Below are positions 36,596 through 44,179 of a stretch of 64,000 bases of DNA, in pieces. Numbering within the stretch: the stretch's first letter is position 1; every line of letters starts with the position of its first letter. The stretch spans positions 1,763,964 to 1,827,963 of the forward strand of contig CAVQMM010000001.1 of the NCBI GenBank assembly GCA_963713615.1. The letters are read 5' to 3'. The position numbers and the translations under genes were made by a program. Source of the DNA: an uncultured Chlamydiae bacterium (GTDB lineage: Bacteria; Chlamydiota; Chlamydiia; Chlamydiales; JAJFMA01). The notes beneath the pieces were generated by a model. The model worked only from the letters and a program-made list of their open reading frames with translations. It was not told the DNA's origin and ran no database searches.

Positions 36596-37573
36596 TTAGA
36601 AGCGCACAGAGAGGTTAGCTGTGAGGCCATGGAGCATCAGATCGCCAAAGCCTGTGTTGGTAACGTAAAAGTTCTGTATTGAAGAGTTCGATATACGCCA
36701 TGTATGAAAGAAATATTGAACCTCATAGCCTACTCCAATAGATGCCTCATAACAATCACACAAGCAGGTATCCCAGTTTAATCCTAGGAGTAACTGAAAT
36801 TGAGGCATGATTCGTCTCTTGATATTGGTCAGAGTGGTATCTACACTAGGAACGCCTGGCTCCACGATTTGAGTATTTGTTGAGGAAAAGAGACGTCCAT
36901 AGAGAAATGACGTCGAAAAATTACCAAGAAAACTAAGCCCGTTACCCAGTTCATAAGCACTATTAAATCCTATTTTTGGCCCTACACACCACAGGTTGTT
37001 TTTTTCATTTACGGTAGCATTAAAAAAGACTCCCGTATTTGTATCAACAAAGTTGTCGTAAGTGATAAATTGATTTTGATAAATCCTCCCACCCTTTACA
37101 CCAACTAGAGGGCAAATGCTATAGGCAAAATCCTCAAAACCAGGACAGGTAAAATTCAGATCTAACATGTCAAAGTTGCAATTCCACTGACTTGACGCAG
37201 GGCCCCCTACTCCATTTCCACCTATCCCAATGCCTCCCGGGCCTGGCGAAAATATCTCAGTCGCAATAATAAAGGGGTTGGAAACACTCCCTTTAACACT
37301 ATTGTGAACACGAGTCCACGAAAAACTCGTATTCAAATCGCATTTTATTTCTTTAGCCGCTGTTAATCTAAAACCAGAAGTCCAATCTTGGGGTTGAGTG
37401 ACAATTGTCGGATTGTTAAGTGCTGGTACGCTATCTACAGTGGTCGCATACGACATGCTTGATTGTAGGACGTTCCAATAGAGATACTCCACACCAATAG
37501 AAAAATCGCTCGCATTGACTAACGAAGTGATGGCCGACAGAGAGACAACTAGAAAAAATGCAATTTTTTTCAT
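36596..37573 (-). CDS. Cys-rich MOMP-like outer-membrane porin, tandem paralog 1
   Basis: Signal peptide (SLVNA|SD). Alternating beta pattern with a C-terminal ...LSVRF. Multiple Cys residues. 324-aa size class of Legionella/Chlamydiales MOMP-like proteins. Confidence 0.65.
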   Translation of the reverse strand: MKKIAFFLVVSLSAITSLVNASDFSIGVEYLYWNVLQSSMSYATTVDSVPALNNPTIVTQPQDWTSGFRLTAAKEIKCDLNTSFSWTRVHNSVKGSVSNPFIIATEIFSPGPGGIGIGGNGVGGPASSQWNCNFDMLDLNFTCPGFEDFAYSICPLVGVKGGRIYQNQFITYDNFVDTNTGVFFNATVNEKNNLWCVGPKIGFNSAYELGNGLSFLGNFSTSFLYGRLFSSTNTQIVEPGVPSVDTTLTNIKRRIMPQFQLLLGLNWDTCLCDCYEASIGVGYEVQYFFHTWRISNSSIQNFYVTNTGFGDLMLHGLTANLSVRF

Positions 37574-37614
37574 TTAAAGACTTTCCTTCCAAATTTTCCA
37601 TCGAGTAGGTGATT

Positions 37615-38589
37615 CTAGAAACGTACAGAGAAGTTAGCTGTTAGGCCATGAAGCATCAGATCGCCAAAGCCTGTGTTGGTAACGTAAAAGTTCTGTATTG
37701 AAGAGTTCGAGATACGCCATGTATGAAAGAAATATTGAACCTCATAGCCTACTCCAATAGATGCCTCATAACAATCACACAAGCAGGTATCCCAGTTTAA
37801 TCCTAGGAGTAACTGAAATTGAGGCATGATTCGTCTCTTGATATTGGTAAGAGTAGAGTCCACAGTAGGAGAGCCTGGTTCGACCATTAGAGTATGTGCT
37901 GATGTAAAGAGACGTCCATAGAGAAATGACGTCGAAAAATTACCAAGAAAACTAAGCCCGTTACCCAGTTCATAAGCACTATTAAATCCTATTTTTGGCC
38001 CTACACACCACAGGTTGTTTTTTTCATTTACGGTAGCATTAAAAAAGACTCCCGTACCTGTATCCAAAAAGTTACTGTAAGTAATGTATTGATTTTGATA
38101 AATCCTTCCACCCTTTACGCCAACCAAGGGGTAAACACTGTATACGCCATTTTCAAAGCTAGGACAGGTAAAATTCAGATCTAGCATGTCAAAGTTGACA
38201 TTCCATTGACTGGATGCAGGCCCGCCTAATCCATTTCCACCCACTCCAAACCCATTATTTGGTCCTAAAAGCTCAGTCGCAATAATAAAGGGACTGGAAA
38301 CACTCCCTTTAGAACTATTGTGAACACGAGTCCATGAAAAGCTCGTATTAACATCCCCTTCCATCCCCTTAGCTGCTGTTAATCTAAAACCAGAAGTCCA
38401 ATCTTGGGCCTGAGTCACAATTGTCGGATTGGTGAGTGCTGCTATATCATCTACAGTGGTCGCATACGACATGCTTGATTGCAGGACGTTCCAATAGAGA
38501 TACTCAACGCCAAGAGAGACATCGCTCGCGTTGACTAAAGAAGTGATCATGGACAAAGATACAACCAGTAAAAATGAAATTTTTTTCAT
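37615..38589 (-). CDS. Cys-rich MOMP-like outer-membrane porin, tandem paralog 2
   Basis: The ATG at 38589 (MKKISFLLVVSLSMITSLVNA) matches the paralog 1 N-terminus. The 43-codon upstream extension in the track is not supported. The C-terminal half is nearly identical to paralog 1. Confidence 0.65.
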   Translation of the reverse strand: MKKISFLLVVSLSMITSLVNASDVSLGVEYLYWNVLQSSMSYATTVDDIAALTNPTIVTQAQDWTSGFRLTAAKGMEGDVNTSFSWTRVHNSSKGSVSSPFIIATELLGPNNGFGVGGNGLGGPASSQWNVNFDMLDLNFTCPSFENGVYSVYPLVGVKGGRIYQNQYITYSNFLDTGTGVFFNATVNEKNNLWCVGPKIGFNSAYELGNGLSFLGNFSTSFLYGRLFTSAHTLMVEPGSPTVDSTLTNIKRRIMPQFQLLLGLNWDTCLCDCYEASIGVGYEVQYFFHTWRISNSSIQNFYVTNTGFGDLMLHGLTANFSVRF

Positions 38590-38885
38590 TTTGAGACTTT
38601 CCTTAATTTTTCTTTTCGTTGACGATGTAAACGCCCCGGTTGTGGTGGTATAGATCGTCCGAAATACTAATCCACATCTCGACATCGTTGCAAATATTGT
38701 TTTGATAGAGGGTGTCATTCAAACTTGTACTCTCTATTGGCCGGCTAAGCAATCAGGTTCACAGATGGCCTGACCTCGCCAAAGTCTCTTCCATCCAACC
38801 TAACACGGGAAATCAATCCGCATGATGTTGAGGATTAACTTATTGAAGAGATAGTTGACAAATGGAACAAACGAACCCAAATAGC

Positions 38886-40478
38886 TTAGAGGAATCCATC
38901 AACCCTCTTTTGAGAACATTCAACAGGTTGATTCCAGGAGCCACCAAGAGCCTTGATCAGTTGAACGGTAGAGAGGTAGCGCACCCCTAATAGCTGAGCT
39001 TGGCTCAAGCGGATATCCAAAGCTGATGTGGTACTGTCCACAACACCGACCAAAGTCCCCAAGCCCTTTTCATATTGACTTCGACTAATATACGCAGCAC
39101 GAGCTGCTGCATCAGCTCCCATATCCAAGCTCTTTGCCTGTTGTAACTGAAGCGCAACGTTGTTGAGAGCATCCTCAACTTCTTGCATGGCGACTAGAAC
39201 TTGCTGTTGATACGCACCGCAAGCCTCTCGAAAACGCGCTTTCGTTACCTCTAAGTTAGCGCAACGACGTCCCGCATCAAAGAGTGGCTCTACAGCATTA
39301 GCACCCATACCCCATAAGCGACTATCCCAACTCAAAAAGTCCTGCAGATCCGGGCTAGAGTAGCCTAGAGTTCCGGTCAATTGCAAAGAAGGAAAGAATG
39401 ATGCATAGGCCACTCCAATCAAGCGATGCTGTGCAGCCATGTTCCGTTCAGCTTGAGCAATGTCGGGCCGCTGAAGCAAAACCTCGGAAGGAATACCCAC
39501 CGGAATGCTTGGGGGAGGTCCATCAAGTGGTAACGGCTCCAGACAAAATTCCGAGGCTGAAAACCCCAGCAATAACGCAATACTGTTTTCCTGTATTTGT
39601 CGCTGTCGCATGGTGTCATAGAGGGTAGCCTCCATACTGGCTAAAGCACTGGTTGCAGTGGTGACATCCGTGTAGGTCTTTAGTCCCTTCTCAAACTGCG
39701 CCTGCGAGATCTCAAGGCCTTCGCGCCGCAGACTCGTACTTTCCTCCAGTAGTTGCAACTGAATATCCAAAGCTCGCAATTGAAAATAGTTGCTAGCAAG
39801 CTCTGTTGTCAGCGTTAGCAAGGTTGTATGGTAAGCTTGTTGTTCAGCCTCCGCACTCATACATGCTGACTCATAACGACCTCTAAGTTTCCCCCAGAGA
39901 TCCACCTCATAGCTAAGGTTAAGGGGAAGAAGGTATTGGAACTGAACAATTCTAAAAACTTCATTGGAAGGCGTCAGACCAGGAAAAAAACCTGTCGGAA
40001 CATAGATCTTAAAAAGCATACCTGTGTCAGAATAACTTGGCTTAGTATCCAGCTCCGGATAGAGATCCGCTCGACTAATTCCTGCATTAGCGCGGGCCTC
40101 CACAACACGCTCCAAGGCCACATAGAGATTTGGGTTGTTCTCAATCGCTTGCCATACTAACGCGTTGAGGGGTTCATCTTCAAAAACTTCCCACCAGTAG
40201 TCTAGGCAAGGGGCCTCTTCACAACAACTATTTGGCCCTTTCCAATCGTCCGTCACGCAATCACAAGGAGGGTTATAACGCGGACCAAGAGTACATCCTG
40301 CGAAGACAAATAGGAGAGAGCAGAGAAGTGGAAAGGAGCGGAACAGGATTTTTACCACAAAGGACACAGATACGCTTAGAGAACAAGGAAATCTGGAACT
40401 CAAACGATTCAAGATAAGAAAAGGGCATGGAGGTCGATGAGAACAATGAAGTCGCTTTCTTGTCCTTAACGTCTTCAT
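38886..40478 (-). CDS. Outer-membrane efflux lipoprotein (NodT/TolC family)
   Basis: Lipobox (LLFVFAGC). Two OEP repeats with coiled-coil heptads. The true start may be internal to the 530-aa ORF. Confidence 0.75.
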   Translation of the reverse strand: MKTLRTRKRLHCSHRPPCPFLILNRLSSRFPCSLSVSVSFVVKILFRSFPLLCSLLFVFAGCTLGPRYNPPCDCVTDDWKGPNSCCEEAPCLDYWWEVFEDEPLNALVWQAIENNPNLYVALERVVEARANAGISRADLYPELDTKPSYSDTGMLFKIYVPTGFFPGLTPSNEVFRIVQFQYLLPLNLSYEVDLWGKLRGRYESACMSAEAEQQAYHTTLLTLTTELASNYFQLRALDIQLQLLEESTSLRREGLEISQAQFEKGLKTYTDVTTATSALASMEATLYDTMRQRQIQENSIALLLGFSASEFCLEPLPLDGPPPSIPVGIPSEVLLQRPDIAQAERNMAAQHRLIGVAYASFFPSLQLTGTLGYSSPDLQDFLSWDSRLWGMGANAVEPLFDAGRRCANLEVTKARFREACGAYQQQVLVAMQEVEDALNNVALQLQQAKSLDMGADAAARAAYISRSQYEKGLGTLVGVVDSTTSALDIRLSQAQLLGVRYLSTVQLIKALGGSWNQPVECSQKRVDGFL

Positions 40479-41098
40479 TGCCCTCTCTCCTTCGCTCGCT
40501 TTCGGATAATGTAGACAACTCCCACAACCGCCAACAATACTGCGGCAATGATTAGAATGACATCAAACTCCACCTCAATGGTCTCAAACGCACTTAACCA
40601 GTAGCTACCGAAGAAGAAGCCTAATGAAAGAAATGTAGATACCCACACGATGGCCCCAGAATAGGCGAAAAGGGCAAAATGTTTAAATTCCAGTTCCGTG
40701 GTTCCTGCAGTGAAACCTGTGAAGTGACGGATACCGGGCACAAAGTAGCCAATGAATAATGACCATTTGCCAAAGCGCTCAAACCAGGCATGAGCTCTCT
40801 GATAGCGCTGTTCAGTGATGCCTACCCAAGAGCCATAGCGATGGATGAAATAGCTTCCTAGAGTTCTACCAATGATATAGCTGACCGTGATGCCCGTGAT
40901 GCTACCTGCCAAGGCTGCTATGGCGGTGGAAGTAGGGTGAAGTTCACCCCGACAAATTAATACCCCCGCAATGACCATAAGGGTCTCTTCCGGTACTGGT
41001 AGTGCAATGATTCCAAGCGCTAACAAAACGAACAACGCGATGCTACCATACTGCAAGAGCCAGATCGAAAAAGCATTATGTTCTACCACGCATTCCAT
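40475..41098 (-). CDS. DedA-family inner-membrane protein
   Basis: 207 aa with a SNARE-associated/DedA pattern (LPVPEETLMVIAGVL, FGKWSLFIGYFVPGIRHFTGF). A 4-nt overlap with the downstream OMF gene. Confidence 0.8.
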   Translation of the reverse strand: MECVVEHNAFSIWLLQYGSIALFVLLALGIIALPVPEETLMVIAGVLICRGELHPTSTAIAALAGSITGITVSYIIGRTLGSYFIHRYGSWVGITEQRYQRAHAWFERFGKWSLFIGYFVPGIRHFTGFTAGTTELEFKHFALFAYSGAIVWVSTFLSLGFFFGSYWLSAFETIEVEFDVILIIAAVLLAVVGVVYIIRKRAKERGQ

Positions 41099-41307
41099 AA
41101 GAAAATACTATTGCTGTCGACGTAATACTGTAAAGCAAATAAACGGATATTTGGCGACGCCGTCAGTTGGGGCTCCAAAGCGCTGCGCACCGAGTGATGA
41201 AATTCTTAAAATATCATTCGTATATAATTTATCCTTTATGATATCAACACCCTCATGCATCTCATGTCTACTACAAAAGCAGCAAACGCATAAACTTATG
41301 TATTGTC

Positions 41308-42327
41308 ATGGCTAGAATTCCAATTCTATTGCAATTTTTATTGCTCGGCTGCTTGTTTACCACTTCATCTTTGCAGGGTCAGTCACCAGGTAAGGTAGAA
41401 GAACAAACCCCTAAAGACGATGTGACCGCTGCAAGCGATGACAGCACAAAGGAGAAACCTGAAGACACAAGTGATGAAGATGATGATGCATGCAAGAAAG
41501 ACAAGGATTCTAAACCTGAAGAAGAAGAAGAAAAACCTCCTGAAATCGGCAATTTTGCTTTGCCAACCTCTCAGCAGCCCGCTGCCCTCTTTGGTTTTGG
41601 TGGAAATATCATCGATAAAGGCGAGGTACAATTATTTTTCTTCGCGGACTACTTTAGCGGAAGGAAAAAAACAACCATAGATCTTATTCCAAGTATTTTG
41701 TTTGGGATCACCGAGGACTGGTCAGTACTTTTTAGCATTCCCGTTACACCTTTATTTAGAGATGGCCCTAACAGATCTAGTGGCCTAGAAGATTTTTTTA
41801 TCCAGATTGAGTATGCCTTCTATAATAAGTCAACCGCAACCTATGTCGATCAAGCTACCCTCGTATCAAATATTACAGTTCCAACGGGTTCAATACACAA
41901 AAATCCACCAACAGGCTTCGGCACTCCCAGCCTTTTCTTAGGTAGTACGTACTACCATACTTGCGTGGATTGGTTTGCATTCACCTCGAACGGTGTGATA
42001 TTGACAGACTCGGAGTGTTGTACTCAGTTTGGGGATCAATTTCTTTATCAAATAGGCCTTGGAAGAAACTGCCCAAGTCCAGAAGGTTGGATCTATGCTT
42101 GGATGTGTGAGGTTGATGGGCAATATAACAAAAAAAACAAATTTGATAGCGTCATAGATAACAACAGCGGCGGAAATACGATCTACATTACCCCTTCAAT
42201 TTGGATCTCCTCAAAAGAAATGTTATTACAGTTTGGAGCTAGCGTACCAGTAAATCAAAATTTATTCGGACATCAAAATAAATTTGATTATGCACTTAAC
42301 CTCAATTTTGCTTGGTCCTTCTATTAG
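41308..42327 (+). CDS. Putative outer-membrane beta-barrel protein with an acidic low-complexity N-terminal region
   Basis: Signal peptide. D/E/K-rich tract (EDTSDEDDDACKKDKDSKPEEEEEKPPE). Beta-strand-like remainder ending in NLNFAWSFY (aromatic C-terminus). Confidence 0.55.
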   Translation: MARIPILLQFLLLGCLFTTSSLQGQSPGKVEEQTPKDDVTAASDDSTKEKPEDTSDEDDDACKKDKDSKPEEEEEKPPEIGNFALPTSQQPAALFGFGGNIIDKGEVQLFFFADYFSGRKKTTIDLIPSILFGITEDWSVLFSIPVTPLFRDGPNRSSGLEDFFIQIEYAFYNKSTATYVDQATLVSNITVPTGSIHKNPPTGFGTPSLFLGSTYYHTCVDWFAFTSNGVILTDSECCTQFGDQFLYQIGLGRNCPSPEGWIYAWMCEVDGQYNKKNKFDSVIDNNSGGNTIYITPSIWISSKEMLLQFGASVPVNQNLFGHQNKFDYALNLNFAWSFY

Positions 42328-42343
42328 ATGCAAAAGAATCCGA

Positions 42344-42524
42344 GCCCGAAAAACCGGCCTTGTTCACCTTTACGGTCAGAATTTCGGTCGGACGAAAAAA
42401 GTCGGATGTCGTGGTTTGTGACGAGGGCATAGCGCCAGCTATGTCCGAGGAGCAAAACGCGACAGACGATCCTTTTGCAGTCGACCGAAAACTGACCGCA
42501 AAGGTGAATAAGGCCGAAAAACCG
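42344..42524. repeat. MITE-like palindromic element family B, copy 3
   Basis: Nearly identical to 16656-16834 across arms and core. Confidence 0.85.
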
Positions 42525-42540
42525 TGGCTTAAATTCGCAA

Positions 42541-42572
42541 TTAGGAATTCTCTTAGCTTAACGCGTATGGGC
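42541..42572. repeat. Fragment related to the outer arm of the 51.4-51.9 kb palindrome complex
   Basis: ttaggaattctcttagcttaacgcgtatgggc resembles ttcctaattctcttaacttaacgcgcatgggc at about 51822-51853. Confidence 0.6.
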
Positions 42573-42619
42573 TCGGATTTATATACAAATAAATTTTCAT
42601 TGCCTATTGTGTTTCCTTA

Positions 42620-44176
42620 ATGAACAACGGATTGGTGATTTCCATGCAACAAGAAAACTATTTAAGCAGCACTACACTGACCTGGAGGGGCATATTTAAA
42701 CAAATTTGCAACCTATCGGTCGTTCTCCCTATCTTCATGACATTTAATGTTTCTTGGGCTAATGAACTTGAAGATTGCTACTTTGAGGGCTACAACATTC
42801 CATGGACATACCAGGACGAAGGTTCTGACAGCGCAGACTGTGATAACAAGGATTCTGACAAAGATGATTCTGACGATGATGATTCCGACGAAGATAAAGA
42901 ACCGGAAAGACGAGCACTACCCGCTCCTTTTGCTTCTCCACCATTTCCATCTGCAGAATACCAAGGATCACCGCTAATTGGAGTTCCTCCTAGCGATGAA
43001 GTCTATCCCTTGATGAAAGCGATCTATTGTACGCCATGCGGAGAGGCAATCAAAGAAAGTAGAATCAAAGCATACGGTTGGTTTAATGGTTCTGCAAACC
43101 TGAGTAATTGCAACAACTCTAATACACCGGACTCCTATTGGATTGTCCCCAATAGAGTCGAGCTAGACCAGTTCGTCTTTCGTTTAGAAAGAGAAGTTGA
43201 TTCCGTGCAGATGGATCACATTGATATCGGTTTCCGCTCTACCTTTTTATACGGAATAGATTACCGCTACATGACAGCTGGAGGGTGGACAAGCTACCAG
43301 TTGTTGAGAGATAACCGTCTGTATGGATACGATTTTACAGAACAATATGTAGAGATTTATACCCCTTTTGTTGCCGAAGGAATGACAGTCCGTATTGGAC
43401 GTTGGATCGCATGCCCAGACATTGAAACGCAATTTGCTCCAGATAACTATATGGGCACCCATTCCTTGCTTTTCACCTTCGATACATACACCCAGACAGG
43501 GATTATGGCGACCATAATGCTTAACAAGTATTGGACGGTACAAGCTTGCCTTCATTCAGGAACTGATATGGCTCCTTGGTACAAGGGAGCCGTTGCAACA
43601 GGAATGTTTGGCGTTCGGTGGGTTTCTTGTGACAACAATGACTCCGTCTACTTAGTGCTAAATTCTATCAACAGTGCAAAGTTCCGTCGATTTCAAATGT
43701 ATGGTCAACCCCTCGGTCATGACAATTTCAATTATTTAGTTGGCACCTGGCAACATAAATTTAACGACAACTTTCATACAAAAACTGAAGGCTATTTCAT
43801 GTGGCAGCGTGATGCTGTTGTTGGTGGAACTCCTAGTGCAGGCCCAGCTCTGCCATTTGGTGGGGGTGGGGGTATAGGCCCTAATATTCCTGGAACGACA
43901 TGGACCTATGGAGTCGTTAACTACACCATGTGCAAGTTTACTGATAATGACTTTATCACCATTCGTAATGAAGTTTGGCGGGATGATGATGGAGAGCGTT
44001 CTGGCTTTCCAGGAACATACACCAGTAATGCCATTGGCCTATCTCATAATTTTAGTTCAACCGTGCAGATTCGTCCTGAAATCGGTTACTACCGGAATTG
44101 GAACAACCCTGCTTTTGACCTTGGAAAAAGGAAGGGAATGGTCTTGGCTGGTGTGGACTTGACAGTGCGATTCTAA
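42620..44176 (+). CDS. Putative outer-membrane beta-barrel porin with an acidic N-terminal tract (possibly OmpL-like beta-barrel porin-2 type)
   Basis: Signal peptide-like segment (VVLPIFMTFNVSWA). DSDKDDSDDDDSDEDKE tract followed by LPAPFASPPFPSAEYQGSPLIG. Long beta-type region ending in VDLTVRF. Confidence 0.55.
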   Translation: MNNGLVISMQQENYLSSTTLTWRGIFKQICNLSVVLPIFMTFNVSWANELEDCYFEGYNIPWTYQDEGSDSADCDNKDSDKDDSDDDDSDEDKEPERRALPAPFASPPFPSAEYQGSPLIGVPPSDEVYPLMKAIYCTPCGEAIKESRIKAYGWFNGSANLSNCNNSNTPDSYWIVPNRVELDQFVFRLEREVDSVQMDHIDIGFRSTFLYGIDYRYMTAGGWTSYQLLRDNRLYGYDFTEQYVEIYTPFVAEGMTVRIGRWIACPDIETQFAPDNYMGTHSLLFTFDTYTQTGIMATIMLNKYWTVQACLHSGTDMAPWYKGAVATGMFGVRWVSCDNNDSVYLVLNSINSAKFRRFQMYGQPLGHDNFNYLVGTWQHKFNDNFHTKTEGYFMWQRDAVVGGTPSAGPALPFGGGGGIGPNIPGTTWTYGVVNYTMCKFTDNDFITIRNEVWRDDDGERSGFPGTYTSNAIGLSHNFSSTVQIRPEIGYYRNWNNPAFDLGKRKGMVLAGVDLTVRF

Positions 44177-44179
44177 ACC

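Noticed and set aside
38590-38718. 43-codon N-terminal extension of the second porin ORF
   Set aside because: The internal ATG at 38589 yields an N-terminus and signal peptide matching the paralog exactly. The extension has no counterpart.
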